Shown one piece after another: positions 30,602 through 41,535 of a stretch of DNA of 64,000 nt. Position 1 is the stretch's first letter. Every line of letters starts with the position of its first letter. Position numbers and translations under genes: made by a program. The stretch is from an uncultured Nitrospiraceae bacterium. GTDB lineage: Bacteria > Nitrospirota > Thermodesulfovibrionia > Thermodesulfovibrionales > Dissulfurispiraceae. The notes beneath the pieces are model-generated. The model made no database searches and was not told the origin of the DNA. It was given only the letters and a program-made list of their open reading frames with translations. The DNA lies in the NCBI GenBank assembly GCA_963705105.1, contig CAVPIW010000012.1:352001-416000 (forward strand), in the 5' to 3' direction.

Positions 30602-31528
30602 TCACTCATTGGCGTACGGCCCCTTTCTTGCCGCAATGAAGCAGGTGCCTCCGTTCTCTCCCGGCCTCTCCCCGGCGTTGCTGAGAATGTACTCTGTCAC
30701 ATCATCCGCACCCAGGCGTTTCAGTTCCTCAATGCATTCGGCACGATCGACCATGTACACCGCGTCGTTGTCCGTGGCCCACCTTTCGTTCAGGCACGCA
30801 GGTGTCAGATTGATCAACCACGGATGCCGGTCGGAAGGGAATCTGCGACTCGTCATCTGCGGCCAGTACATGCGAAAAAAGATGTGCTGAAGGGCGCCGC
30901 CGAAATCCGCCCTGCGCAGCTTCTCCTTCAGTGAGCCGGGGCCTCCGTGCGGCAGGGACGGCATTCTTCCGGCACTTCGAAAAGAAGGGCATACGATGAC
31001 GATCATTCCTCCCGGCCGTGTGAGCCTGACCATCTCGCGGAGGAATTTCTGAGGCCATACGAGATGCTCAAGGACGTACAACGAGAAGACGACGTCAAAG
31101 GAGGCTTCGGGCAGATCCACGTCATACAGCGAGGACGCAAGAAAGGTTGCGTCCCGTGCACCTCGTGCGGTCACCTTCTCCGTCTGATTATTCTTGATTT
31201 GGGGTTCGCTGCAATCAACACCTGTGTACTTTACACCGCACTCCCTGAGGTTGTCATAGGCGTGACCGGAGCCACAGCCCAGATCGAGCACTGTCAACCC
31301 AGGAGACATCATCGAGCGGAGGACCCAGTGGTACGTACCCGGATTCCACACCTCGTTCAGGGTCTGAGCCTTCTCATAGTAATTCCGTCTCCCGCATTCT
31401 TCGTTATAGAAGCGCATCATCCTGTCATGCAACCCCGCAAGTAGTGCTTGAGCGGAAATATCCGTTGCCGAAACCAGCACAACCTTCTTCATTGCTGAAC
31501 GCATTCCAGGCATCGTCCCGCATGCCAT
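30602..31528 (-). CDS. Class I SAM-dependent methyltransferase
   Basis: VLDLGCGSG, FDVV....VLEH, PGG. Confidence 0.85.
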   Translation of the reverse strand: MACGTMPGMRSAMKKVVLVSATDISAQALLAGLHDRMMRFYNEECGRRNYYEKAQTLNEVWNPGTYHWVLRSMMSPGLTVLDLGCGSGHAYDNLRECGVKYTGVDCSEPQIKNNQTEKVTARGARDATFLASSLYDVDLPEASFDVVFSLYVLEHLVWPQKFLREMVRLTRPGGMIVIVCPSFRSAGRMPSLPHGGPGSLKEKLRRADFGGALQHIFFRMYWPQMTSRRFPSDRHPWLINLTPACLNERWATDNDAVYMVDRAECIEELKRLGADDVTEYILSNAGERPGENGGTCFIAARKGPYANE

Positions 31529-31541
31529 CTTGCGACCAGCA

Positions 31542-32270
31542 CTAGAGACCGTCACGGAGTTCCTCACGATAAAGGTCCAACATTTCGACCTCATTGTCAC
31601 CGGCGTAATCGTCATGGATGAATCGAAAGGTGAACGCGTCCTCCCAAATAAATCCAAGCTCCGAGCGCTTTGGGTCGGCCTTCTCCTTGTCCAGCCACGG
31701 TAGCCCCCTCCCTCCGGGCCGGAACCCGAGACCGCGTTCAATTTTGCTCAGGAGTGGTGTGAATCCCAGGCCCCGAAACACGCTGTTTGATCGAGCGAAG
31801 TAGCAGGTCGCCGGCCACTTGGCGATTATCAGGAGACAGTCGTCGTCGCGCAGGGTAAAAATCCACCGGTGGTGACAATAACCGACGTAGAGATGGGATC
31901 GTATGCTGGATAACTCTGAATGCTTCGTTGGCACCGCGATGTACCCCGCCTTGGAGTGTTTCATCAGATTGCTCAGCACATGCTCAGGTCTTCTGATGTC
32001 CTCGAGAGTATGCGTGCAGATGGAAAAGTCCCAGCGATGGCGGGCGACGCGCTTCCATACGTTGTCGTCGTTGATGTCACCGGAAAACACGTGTTTTGAA
32101 GTGCTCACCGGTTTGATGTCGACGTACGCATCGACGTGCTCATCACACCAGGGATCACGGGCGCCGCCGATATCAATAACCTTGTAGTCAGGGTTCTGTC
32201 TGCGCTTTTCAGACAGGTAGTCCATGACATGAGATCTCATTATTTGGTCACTCTTCTTGATTATCGGCAT
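31542..32270 (-). CDS. Methyltransferase-fold protein
   Basis: VIDIGG, DFSICTHTLEDI..P, HHRW. Confidence 0.7.
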   Translation of the reverse strand: MPIIKKSDQIMRSHVMDYLSEKRRQNPDYKVIDIGGARDPWCDEHVDAYVDIKPVSTSKHVFSGDINDDNVWKRVARHRWDFSICTHTLEDIRRPEHVLSNLMKHSKAGYIAVPTKHSELSSIRSHLYVGYCHHRWIFTLRDDDCLLIIAKWPATCYFARSNSVFRGLGFTPLLSKIERGLGFRPGGRGLPWLDKEKADPKRSELGFIWEDAFTFRFIHDDYAGDNEVEMLDLYREELRDGL

Positions 32271-32295
32271 TGCGGTCCCCTCTGTGCAGGCATGG

Positions 32296-33591
32296 TCACT
32301 TTTCCCCCCTGAGAAGCCGCCGCAGGCTGCCCCGCGCCCGATCCATAAAGGGCATGTGCATGATGGATGCCCGGAGCATGTCCTTTAAAGAGGGTTTCCC
32401 GAGGGTGTTCTGCAGGAGACTGTCGATCTCCCGATCGTCGACGACCCCGGACAATTCCGTGTCCTCGGCAAGAGACTGCAGGAGCGACGTGCGGTCATCG
32501 GCAGCGAGCGCAAGCTCAGCCACGCGGAGTGCCCTCCTCACGACCATGTCGCCGTTATACCGGGAGAGGACCCGGGAGCGGCATTTCCTGCGCATTTCCA
32601 GCCTCAGCGCCTCATCCTGCCGGAGGAGGCGCACTGCCGCCGGCAACCGATTCATCGATCCCGCGACAATGCCTCCCTCCATATGCCCGACAACCTCCAC
32701 CTGACTGTTGTCCCTGTGGGGCCGGCTCACCGTCACGACGGGACAGCCGCACAGCATGGCCTCTGCCAGCACCAGACCGAAGCTCTCACCCTGGTTCGCA
32801 GCGTGGATGAAGCAGTCAAGAGAGGAGTACAGCACCCTCAGGGCTTCGTCATCGGGTGTCATGGGCATCTGAATAATCCGTCGTTGGACGTCCTGAGGCA
32901 GCGATCTCAGGGCGGGCTGCAGGGAGTCGGGCATGCCGGCAAGGAGGAGATAGGCGCGGGAATCCCGTTTTGCAAGGTCCGAAAAGGCCAGCAACGTCTG
33001 CACATGCCACTTTCCGGGAAAGGGCTGGCCGACGCGGCCGCACACATAGGCTCCCTTGTCGATGCCATGCATTTCGAGAAATGAGCTGACCTCATCGTCG
33101 TCGGCCCGCCGGAAACGGTGAGGATTGACCGGGTTGGGCACGATGACTCCCGGAGTCATGGCGCCGCGTCGGCCGAGCATCCGGCGCCAGCGCCACATGC
33201 ACCACCTGGAAAGCTGCAGATGCACGTCAATGAGGTTTGCGGCATCGGAATGATCGACGCTCCCGAATATATTCTGCTCAAGAATACGCCGTTCTCTCCC
33301 GCGGAGGCGCCGCATGACGTAGGCCTCTCTGTCATCATGCCAGCCCCGGCGATGAATGTGAATGATGTCGGGACTGAATTGGTCTGCGTCCTTCAGTGTT
33401 CTGTCGAGATCGCCGTTCACGGTGAAGACGGGGATGCCGCGTGCCTCCAGTATTGCCGCCCTCGGACCGGGCATCCCGATATTCAGGACCGCCACGTCAT
33501 GCCCCGCCTCCCGGAATCCCAACGTGAATTCCTGAGCTGACCGTTCCGTTCCTCCCAATCCCAAGCCGGGGCATATCGTCAGTATCCTCAT
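32296..33591 (-). CDS. Glycosyltransferase family 4
   Basis: GLGGTER, GESFGLVLAEAM. Confidence 0.88.
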   Translation of the reverse strand: MRILTICPGLGLGGTERSAQEFTLGFREAGHDVAVLNIGMPGPRAAILEARGIPVFTVNGDLDRTLKDADQFSPDIIHIHRRGWHDDREAYVMRRLRGRERRILEQNIFGSVDHSDAANLIDVHLQLSRWCMWRWRRMLGRRGAMTPGVIVPNPVNPHRFRRADDDEVSSFLEMHGIDKGAYVCGRVGQPFPGKWHVQTLLAFSDLAKRDSRAYLLLAGMPDSLQPALRSLPQDVQRRIIQMPMTPDDEALRVLYSSLDCFIHAANQGESFGLVLAEAMLCGCPVVTVSRPHRDNSQVEVVGHMEGGIVAGSMNRLPAAVRLLRQDEALRLEMRRKCRSRVLSRYNGDMVVRRALRVAELALAADDRTSLLQSLAEDTELSGVVDDREIDSLLQNTLGKPSLKDMLRASIMHMPFMDRARGSLRRLLRGEK

Positions 33592-34763
33592 AGTGCCCGG
33601 TCCTGACTAAGGCGAACGGCGCAATCGCCACAGGGGGACTCATAGACCGACAGGACGGCGCTGCCGAACCGCTCGGGAGAAAAGAGCATCCTCGCCCGGT
33701 TCCTCCCTTCCTCTCCCATGATCTTCGCCTTTTTTTCGTCCCGGAGCAGCAAGAGGAGGCATAATGCCAGCGCACGGTCATCCCCCGGCGCCACAAGCAG
33801 CCCCGTGACTCCATGCCGGACCACTTCGGGCAATCCGCCGACATGCGATGCGACAACGGGCGCACCGGCGGCCATGGCCTCGGCGGCGACAAGCCCGAAC
33901 CCCTCGAACAGGGACGGCACCGCCACAACATCCATGACCCCGTACAACCTGTAAACTTCGGACTGATCCCGCTGCCCGAGCCATCGTATGCTTTCCCCGA
34001 TCCCCGATGCCGCAGCCTCCTTTTCAAGGTCTTCGCGGTCAGGGCCGTCGCCGACCACGACGAGTACCGCCGACGGCAGCACATCAAGGACTGACTTCAT
34101 CGCCCTCAGGAGGGTCTTCTGTCCCTTCTCACGGCGAAGTCTTCCGACAACGCCGACAACTTTTTTGCCGTCCAAATTTAGCCTGCGCCTGATATCCTCC
34201 CCTGTCGACTCCGACTGCAGCCGCCCGATCTCCCGGACATCGACGGCGTTATAAATTGCAAAGCGGCTGCCCGTCCCGTCTCCCTGCGCGTGATTGCCGG
34301 AGCGGAACCATGACTCCTCCACCGATTTTGAAACACAAAAGAAGGCCGAGCAGATGCGGGCCGCTGTGAGCAGGATCGATCTCTCCTTCCACCCGTGCGC
34401 GAAGCCGGGCTGGTGGACCGTCGCAAAGACGGTCCCGACGCCGGCAAGACGCGCTGCAATGATAGGGACAAACCCCGGCGCAAGATACTGAACATGGACG
34501 ATGTCGGGTTTGAGGTTCCTGAAAAGCCGCACAAGGCTGCGTATGAGGCGCAGCAGGCCGTCGGCCCTGCGGCACTTCATCAGCAGCACCTCAGCCCCGG
34601 CTGCGCGAAACCCCGCCACAATGGCATCGTCATACTCGTAGTAACAGCATACCGTGACGCGGTACCCGCCGCCGGACAGCACGCGCACCAGCGACAGCGT
34701 CTGAAACTCCGTCCCCCCCACAAGGAGCACCGGAATCGAAATCATCACATGTTTTTCGACCAT
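33588..34763 (-). CDS. Glycosyltransferase family 4
   Basis: GGTE, VGRLRREKG, EGFGLVAAEAMA. Confidence 0.9.
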   Translation of the reverse strand: MVEKHVMISIPVLLVGGTEFQTLSLVRVLSGGGYRVTVCCYYEYDDAIVAGFRAAGAEVLLMKCRRADGLLRLIRSLVRLFRNLKPDIVHVQYLAPGFVPIIAARLAGVGTVFATVHQPGFAHGWKERSILLTAARICSAFFCVSKSVEESWFRSGNHAQGDGTGSRFAIYNAVDVREIGRLQSESTGEDIRRRLNLDGKKVVGVVGRLRREKGQKTLLRAMKSVLDVLPSAVLVVVGDGPDREDLEKEAAASGIGESIRWLGQRDQSEVYRLYGVMDVVAVPSLFEGFGLVAAEAMAAGAPVVASHVGGLPEVVRHGVTGLLVAPGDDRALALCLLLLLRDEKKAKIMGEEGRNRARMLFSPERFGSAVLSVYESPCGDCAVRLSQDRAL

Positions 34764-34773
34764 GGTTTTCCGC

Positions 34774-35887
34774 TCACCGGTCCATGAGGCAGCGCTCATA
34801 GACCTGAAGGGTTTCACAGCCGCAGCGTTCCCAGGAGAACTGTGCGGCCTGAAGGAGACCCTGCTGTGACAATGCGAGGGTGTTGGCGTCATCATTTTCG
34901 AATGCCTCAAGGGCTTTTACGAGGGACGTGACGTCCTGCGGGTCGATGTATATGGCCGCCTCTCCTCCCGCCTCCGGCACCGATGACGTCCCCGAAGCGA
35001 TGACGGGGCACCCGCAGCTCATCGCCTCAAGGACCGGCAGCCCGAACCCTTCATAAAGAGAGGGGAACACAAGGGCTGTCGCGCACCGGTAGAGATCGGC
35101 CAGTGTTTCGTCGGGCTGCCTGCCGATAAAGTGGACCCTCTCCGGGCGGTTTCCCGAACTGTAACGCTCTTTTATGCCGGCGGGCGGGTTCCAGAGCAGC
35201 ACAAGATCATTCTCGGGGATCGTTCCGCAGCAGTTTCGCATAGGCATCGAGCAGAAAAGGCGTGTTCTTCCGCCCTGCAGAGCACGAAAGGGCGAGAAAG
35301 AAGGGGCGATCAAAACCGAGCATTGCGCCCATCCTCTTCCTGAGCGTTTCCTGATCGGCCGCCGGACGGAACATGTCCCGGTCGACACCCGGATATATCA
35401 CGTCAATTCTTTCGGGGTCTATACCGAGCCGGTTCACGATATCCGCCTTCGAGGCTTCGGAAATGGTCATGATGCGGCGGCATCTTCCGGCGAAGTCAGG
35501 CACCCACCGGGAAAGGCGGACATGATCGGCCATGTCTTCAGGCTGCATGAGAAATATGAGGTCATGGATCGTCGCAACGGCATTTTCAGGCCTTTCAATG
35601 GGCATGTAGAAGTCCGTGGCATGATAGAGATCCCCCCTGCACAGACGTTCGACAAGTTTCATGTTTCTCATGATCCCTTCACCCGCCCTCGGTAGCCGCA
35701 GGTGTGCCGTCTTTGCCCTGAGCCCGAGGTCGCTCAGCCTGCGTCCGCGGAGTCTCCGCCCGAATAGCACAATATCATAGGGTGACCCGTTCCTCGTGAT
35801 CGCTTCGATCATCATGCGCGTCATTCTGCCGATGCCTGTCGGCGTGTAGAGAAGGGGAGTGGCATCGATCACGATTCGACGGGCCAT
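34774..35887 (-). CDS. Glycosyltransferase family 4 with a +1 frameshift in a G4 run at 35215-35218
   Basis: N-half DATP....TGIGR; C-half FPSLYEGFGLPVLEAM; the halves join as LRNDPENDLVLLW on removing one base. Confidence 0.85.
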
Positions 35888-35891
35888 TGTC

Positions 35892-37253
35892 TCAGTGTGA
35901 GCTGCAGGCCGCGTCTGCGGTCAGCACTCCGTCATATATGTGCATCAGGTCCCCGATGTGTTCCCTCATGGTTTTGACAGGCGGGACCTGTGCCGACATG
36001 CGGGCGAGCAGGTGAGGATTGCCGATGAATTCCCGCATTGCCGCCGCAAGAGACCTGCCGTCATTGTACCGGACAATGAAGCCGTTTTCCCCATGTGCAA
36101 CCTGTTCGGGCAAGGCCCCTGAATCGAAGACGATGACGGGTTTGCCGGCTGAAAATGCCTCGGCCACGACAAGACCGAAGGCCTCGGGCAGTAAAGAGGG
36201 GACGATAAGGACATCGAATGCCGCATACGCGTCGGACAGTTTTTGTGCCGGCACGAAGCCGTGAAAATCGACACGCGCATCTCCCTGGTATCGTCCAAGG
36301 GTCTTTTTAAGGTACTCCTTGTCCCAGGCATGCCGGGCCGCCCCGAAGATGTGCAGTTCGCATCTCCCGCCGTCCGGGATGAGCTCAAGCGCCTCCAGTA
36401 TGACATGGAGACCTTTCAGGTATTCTATCCGCCCCACATACCCGAATCGTATCTTCCCGCTTTCAGACTTCTTTTGGGGGTCTTTCCGGAGCGGCTCGAC
36501 GCCGTGAGGCAGAGTGACGATACTCCCGGGGTCCCTGCCGTTTTTCAGGAGGAGGTCCATGACGGCTGCCGAAGGAGCGATCATCATCTGTGCGAGGTCG
36601 AGCACTTGTCTTTTCGCAGCGACGGTCTGCTCGACAATCCAGGGGTAGATCAGGCCGCGCTCAAGATAGGACAGCCCTGCGGAGGCGTTCAACCGTTTGC
36701 CGACGGGCCGGTACACGGCGGGAGGTATGCTCCGAATCATGCCGCCTGTAAACCACCTGGGCCATCTCTCATAGCTGGCGCAGGGAACACAGTGATCGGG
36801 AGACATCATCTTGTCGCAGACAGGGCCGGATGAACGGACGAGGGTCCCGTTCGCACAGGCGATCCCGGCGTGATGGGCCGTCACCACGTGCGGGATGCGA
36901 AACTCGCTGCAGGCGACGGTCACCGGGGGCTTCAACCCGTTTATATGAACCAAATCGGGCCGAAGCTCCTGCAGGATATCCTTTACCCCCTTCTGGATGA
37001 CGGGACCCATCCCCGTGTGCAGCTCCGCCTGATCGACTCGCGAAGGATTGACGCTCAGGGAGGTGACACCAATGCCTTCAAAGGCATACTCTTCGATGAG
37101 ATAGGGGGCTGCCCCCGTTTTCCAGGGAGACGATGTCACGACCATCACGTCCATGCCCAGCCGAAGAAACTCCCGGGCGATTCGATAGACGTAGACCTCG
37201 CCTCCGCCGTACAGGGGGGGCCGGAAAGAATATGCTGACATGACGATTTTCAT
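35892..37253 (-). CDS. Glycosyltransferase family 4
   Basis: YGGGE, YVGRIEYLKG, EAFGLVVAEA. Confidence 0.9.
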   Translation of the reverse strand: MKIVMSAYSFRPPLYGGGEVYVYRIAREFLRLGMDVMVVTSSPWKTGAAPYLIEEYAFEGIGVTSLSVNPSRVDQAELHTGMGPVIQKGVKDILQELRPDLVHINGLKPPVTVACSEFRIPHVVTAHHAGIACANGTLVRSSGPVCDKMMSPDHCVPCASYERWPRWFTGGMIRSIPPAVYRPVGKRLNASAGLSYLERGLIYPWIVEQTVAAKRQVLDLAQMMIAPSAAVMDLLLKNGRDPGSIVTLPHGVEPLRKDPQKKSESGKIRFGYVGRIEYLKGLHVILEALELIPDGGRCELHIFGAARHAWDKEYLKKTLGRYQGDARVDFHGFVPAQKLSDAYAAFDVLIVPSLLPEAFGLVVAEAFSAGKPVIVFDSGALPEQVAHGENGFIVRYNDGRSLAAAMREFIGNPHLLARMSAQVPPVKTMREHIGDLMHIYDGVLTADAACSSH

Positions 37254-37267
37254 CAGTTAAACCTTCT

Positions 37268-37468
37268 GTTGCACGGAAAGGCGGCGCGAAACGCCTCAAA
37301 GCCTTGCTGAAGGCGACGATGCGCATTGTCAGCTTCGTGTTTCAGGAACCCATTCTTTGTGTCATCGATCATTGGCTTATAATTCGTCTCTCGTCTCGAT
37401 ACAGGTGTCGCCGCAGCAAGGTTTTCGGCGCATACACCCCGCCTTTCCTGGGAGTGTGTCGCAACGAT
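37268..37468. mobile_element. Family 1 MITE-like element
   Basis: GTTGCACGGAAAGGCGG...CCCCGCCTTTCC; homolog of 21995-22192. Confidence 0.75.
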
Positions 37469-37495
37469 AAGGTTACTTTGCGAAGAAATCATGCC

Positions 37496-38530
37496 CTATC
37501 CTCGTGTTGCATTATTTTGGATACTGGTGATTTCATCTATGAAGTTTGTCTGCTCTTCGGGAGGGGAGCCCGCTTTCTCGAGGACGGCCCGGACTGCCGC
37601 CAGGACCTCCTGCACGCCGATCATGTCCATGCAATGCCTGTCATGGGCGCAGTCATTCCATTTCCAGCAGGGGGCGCAGTCGGTGAAGGAGTCCAGGTTC
37701 TCATTACACCCATAGCCGCTCTGCCAGGAATGCTCGCGCCCTCCGTATACGATCACGGAACGGCAATCAACAGCACGGGCCAGGTGCGTCAGGAATCCCT
37801 GTGTCCCGATGAAGCAGAGTGATTGACTCAGGATGGCAGCCGTCTCCCTTAGTCCCGTCCTGCCCCTCATGTCCGTCACCCCGCTGAGCGGATGATCCCT
37901 TGTGACTCCGATCTGGATCACCCTGATATCGGGACGCATCCCGTGCAGTTCGTCGACGACTGCCTGGAAGCGGTCATGGAACCACAGCTTGTTTCTCATC
38001 CATGTCTCATGGGTGTACTCGCCGATGCTCTGGATGCACACCTGCTTTTCGTGAATCCTGCCGGACCTCTTTTCGGCCTCGTTTTGATGATAATAGGGTC
38101 TGACGTCTATCTCGCCCGTGATCCCTGCGGCGCGGCAGAGATGGGCGATGATGTGTTCCGCCGGCGGGATTTCCTGTTCTCCCGCGACGGGCTGCGCGGT
38201 GTATCGCAGGGCAAGCCGCCTGGCGCCCAGGAGGTTCGAATACCTCAGATACCAGTGATCCATGGCGAAGACGTGCGCATAGTCGGGATTGTTCCGCAGG
38301 AGATCGGCGGCCGATGAAACCTGCCAGATGCGCAGGCCCGGCGATCTTTTTTTCAATTCCCGGGCGACGCAACTGAGGAGCAGCTCATCGCCAAGCCCGC
38401 CCAGAAACTGCAGCATCACATCAGGCAGGCCGCAGCGGCGCAGGACGTCGAGGGTGCGCGATTCTATTCCCAGTGCCTGCCAGACGCGCCGGGGGACGAA
38501 CAGGTTCCTCCAGTTTATTGCGCGCCGCAC
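37496..38530 (-). CDS. GT9-like (heptosyltransferase-fold) glycosyltransferase
   Basis: GGLGDELL, D.RGRT.LRE.AA, HLA.AV, C.PCW....C....CM. Confidence 0.8.
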   Translation of the reverse strand: MRRAINWRNLFVPRRVWQALGIESRTLDVLRRCGLPDVMLQFLGGLGDELLLSCVARELKKRSPGLRIWQVSSAADLLRNNPDYAHVFAMDHWYLRYSNLLGARRLALRYTAQPVAGEQEIPPAEHIIAHLCRAAGITGEIDVRPYYHQNEAEKRSGRIHEKQVCIQSIGEYTHETWMRNKLWFHDRFQAVVDELHGMRPDIRVIQIGVTRDHPLSGVTDMRGRTGLRETAAILSQSLCFIGTQGFLTHLARAVDCRSVIVYGGREHSWQSGYGCNENLDSFTDCAPCWKWNDCAHDRHCMDMIGVQEVLAAVRAVLEKAGSPPEEQTNFIDEITSIQNNATRG

Positions 38531-38536
38531 AGAGGA

Positions 38537-39247
38537 TCACCTCCCGTCATTGCTGCACGGCGCACAATGGCCTGCCGATGGACAGTGTTTCTTTGCGCAG
38601 ATGAAGAAGCTGAAAAAATGGTCGGGACCGTCGTCACGGTCGATGATCAGCATGCCCCGTCGTTTCAGGGCACCGACGATGGTCTCCGGATCAGGAACCC
38701 ACTGGTGCATGTCCCTCATGAAAGGATTCGACCGGTGCCAGAGCCTGCAGGACGGATGGGGCAGATACAGGAAGAGGACACCCCCGGGTTTGAGCTTTCC
38801 TATCCACGCATCCAGGGCCTCCTGCCAGTCCCCGATATGTTCGAGACAATGGGAGCTGAAAATGTAGTCCTGGGAATCCGCAGGAAAATCGTCGATCCTG
38901 TTTGCGACGCCCGGCCCCGATTCGGTGTCGATCGGCGTGCTGCCTGGTAAAGGCCAGTGCGAGGCGCCGATGTCCAGGCCTTTCCCCCTGCAGAATTTCA
39001 TCGCCGTCCGCCGTATTGCATACGTATTGCCTCCGACGGTGAGATAGTCCGGATAGAATTCGCCGTCGTACAACCATCCGCCGGGCACCCTTTTGTGGCC
39101 CGTCTCCAGGAGCGATCTGTAGGAGCGGAACAGTGCCGGGCCGTCTGCCATTTCTTCGAGCGAAACGGCCGGGTCTCCAGCGATCCTTCGCAGAAGGGGT
39201 CTGACAGCCCCTCTCGCCATTCGTACCGCTTTCTTCAGCATCGGCAT
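38537..39247 (-). CDS. Class I SAM-dependent methyltransferase
   Basis: GLDIGA, DYIFSSHCLEH, LKPGG. Confidence 0.85.
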   Translation of the reverse strand: MPMLKKAVRMARGAVRPLLRRIAGDPAVSLEEMADGPALFRSYRSLLETGHKRVPGGWLYDGEFYPDYLTVGGNTYAIRRTAMKFCRGKGLDIGASHWPLPGSTPIDTESGPGVANRIDDFPADSQDYIFSSHCLEHIGDWQEALDAWIGKLKPGGVLFLYLPHPSCRLWHRSNPFMRDMHQWVPDPETIVGALKRRGMLIIDRDDGPDHFFSFFICAKKHCPSAGHCAPCSNDGR

Positions 39248-40545
39248 GACCCGGCCTGCTGCACCGTATATTTCACCCTCGGAATGAATGCTCCCCGTCG
39301 TGTATAGGACCTGTAGCCGGCTGATACCTCCGTCGGCGTCACCTCGAAGCACGCGGCCTCCTGGATATAGTCCTCCATGATCATATCGGACAGGCCTGAT
39401 TTCAGCCCCAGGCCGATTGAGTATGCGCCGGGCAGCAGCAGTAGGTCGGAGAACTCGGCAATGAACTCATAGCTGCCCGGCCCGACGGGGCCTGTATAAA
39501 GGGAGTCCGATGAAAGAGAAGACGCTATTTCAACGGAGTGGTTGTTATAGAGCGCCATGCCGAGCTCCAAAGTCGGCAGGTCGGCCGATACGGTAACCCT
39601 GACCCTGAAGACCGGGTTTTTCGCGAAGGCTGTCTGCCATCCGTTGTCCCCTGAGGCGGACACCATCTCCACTTCCCGGAGCTGTGCGGCGTGGCGCAGG
39701 TGATGCGGCGCCGTTCTTTTCCTGTCAGCCAGGTTGATGACGCGCTCATGGGAGTCTGACCAGCTTGCGATGTAGGTATTGATGCAGGGCTCAATTTCGT
39801 CGAAATATGCAGTCCGTCCCCGTTCAAGGAGCAATCCTTTCCTGCAGAGGCTCGATAAGGCGCCCATGTTGTGACTCACGAACAGGATCGTCTTTCCCGA
39901 TGCGCCCGCTTCGGACATCTTCCCCAGGCATTTCTTCTGAAAGCCCGCATCGCCGACGGCAAGCACTTCGTCGACGAGCAGGATCTCGTTCTCCAGGTGC
40001 GCAGCCACCGCAAAGGCAAGTCTGACATACATACCCGATGAATACCGCTTGACCGGTGTATCCAGAAACTTCTCGATCTCGGCGAAAGCGACGATGGCGT
40101 CGAAGTTTTTCCTGATCTCGGCCTTTGTCATCCCGAGGATCGCGCCGTTGAGAAAGATGTTCTCCCGGCCCGTCAGCTCCGGATGGAACCCTGTTCCCAC
40201 TTCCAGGAGGCTTGCGACTCTCCCCTTGATCGTAATCCGTCCCGTCGTCGGATGGGTTATGCGGCTGAGGATCTTCAGGAGCGTCGATTTTCCGGCGCCG
40301 TTTCTCCCTATTATCCCGACGCGATCGCCCCTATCGATGTGAAGGGAAAGGTCTTTCAATGCATAGAATTCCTCCGCCGCGGCATTGCAGGCCCGGTGCG
40401 AATCATTGGAACGGAAGAGCCTGTGCCCCAGTCTCCTGACGCCGTCCGTCATGACATCCCGGAGGGCGACATAGCGCTCCGGCTGCCGATGGCTGAGCAG
40501 ATATTTCTTGCTCACCTGCTCCACTTTGATGACCGTATCACTCAT
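39235..40545 (-). CDS. wzt: Polysaccharide ABC exporter ATP-binding subunit with C-terminal domain
   Basis: GRNGAGKST, YSSGMYVRLAF, DEVLAVGD, Wzt_C extension. Confidence 0.93.
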   Translation of the reverse strand: MSDTVIKVEQVSKKYLLSHRQPERYVALRDVMTDGVRRLGHRLFRSNDSHRACNAAAEEFYALKDLSLHIDRGDRVGIIGRNGAGKSTLLKILSRITHPTTGRITIKGRVASLLEVGTGFHPELTGRENIFLNGAILGMTKAEIRKNFDAIVAFAEIEKFLDTPVKRYSSGMYVRLAFAVAAHLENEILLVDEVLAVGDAGFQKKCLGKMSEAGASGKTILFVSHNMGALSSLCRKGLLLERGRTAYFDEIEPCINTYIASWSDSHERVINLADRKRTAPHHLRHAAQLREVEMVSASGDNGWQTAFAKNPVFRVRVTVSADLPTLELGMALYNNHSVEIASSLSSDSLYTGPVGPGSYEFIAEFSDLLLLPGAYSIGLGLKSGLSDMIMEDYIQEAACFEVTPTEVSAGYRSYTRRGAFIPRVKYTVQQAGSCRC

Positions 40546-41387
40546 AGAAGATCGGCGAAGGACCGTTCGGTTTTCCTGAAGTACGCCACGCCGGTAACGA
40601 GCAGAATCACGACAATCAGGAGCGAAAGGATGAAACCGGGAAGGAATATCCTGCTCTCCCCTCCCAGGACGGCCCAGCGGAAACCGTCGATGACACCGAC
40701 CATGGGATTCAGGGAATAGATCAGACGCCATGAATCGGGGACGACGCTGCTCGAGAAGCCGACTGGCGAGATATAGAGCCCCAGTTGGACAATGAAAGGG
40801 ATGACATACCGGAAATCGCGGTATCTCACGTTAAGGGCCGTGAGCCAGAGGCCTGCCCCCAGGGCCGCGGCAAAGGCGATCCCGACGAAGACCGGCAGTG
40901 TGACGACGCGCCAGCCGGGGACGAACTGGTACCAGATCATGAGGATGATGAGGATCGCCCAGGAGACAAGGAAATCCACAAAGCTTGTGATCACCGAACT
41001 GACCGGTATGATCAATCGGGGAAAATAGACCTTCGAGATGAGATGCGTGCTGCCGAGAAGACTGTTGGCGGCGTCTGAAAGGGCGTTCGAGAAGAACTGC
41101 CAGGGCAGCATGGCGACGAAAACGAGGAGAGGATAAGGGGCTCCCTCGGAGGGCAGTCCCGCCAACCTTCCGAAAACCACGGTGAAGACGGCCATGGTAA
41201 GGAGAGGCCGCACCAGGATCCAGGCGATGCCGATGGCCGTCTGCTTGTAACGGACCAGGATGTCACGCCAGGTGAGGAAGCAGAGCAGCTCCCGGTAGCG
41301 CCAGATGTCGGCCCAGTAATGCTTCTCCGGCCTGCCAGCCTCGATGACGAGAGTGGTTTCGTCGGCCGTCGATGCCGGATGCACCAT
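40542..41387 (-). CDS. wzm: Polysaccharide ABC exporter permease
   Basis: RDILVRYKQT..G..W, KVYFPR, LNPM. Confidence 0.93.
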   Translation of the reverse strand: MVHPASTADETTLVIEAGRPEKHYWADIWRYRELLCFLTWRDILVRYKQTAIGIAWILVRPLLTMAVFTVVFGRLAGLPSEGAPYPLLVFVAMLPWQFFSNALSDAANSLLGSTHLISKVYFPRLIIPVSSVITSFVDFLVSWAILIILMIWYQFVPGWRVVTLPVFVGIAFAAALGAGLWLTALNVRYRDFRYVIPFIVQLGLYISPVGFSSSVVPDSWRLIYSLNPMVGVIDGFRWAVLGGESRIFLPGFILSLLIVVILLVTGVAYFRKTERSFADLL

Positions 41388-41535
41388 CTCCGCCACCCCG
41401 TCATGACCGGTTTGCACAGGCCACGACGGGAAGCCTCCCGGCGCAGTCACCGGGCATCCCGGCACTTCCCCCGTTTTTCCCCTTCCCACTATTTTTTCCC
41501 CTCTCTCCCGTGCCTCTGTCCGTTCCGGCCTGATT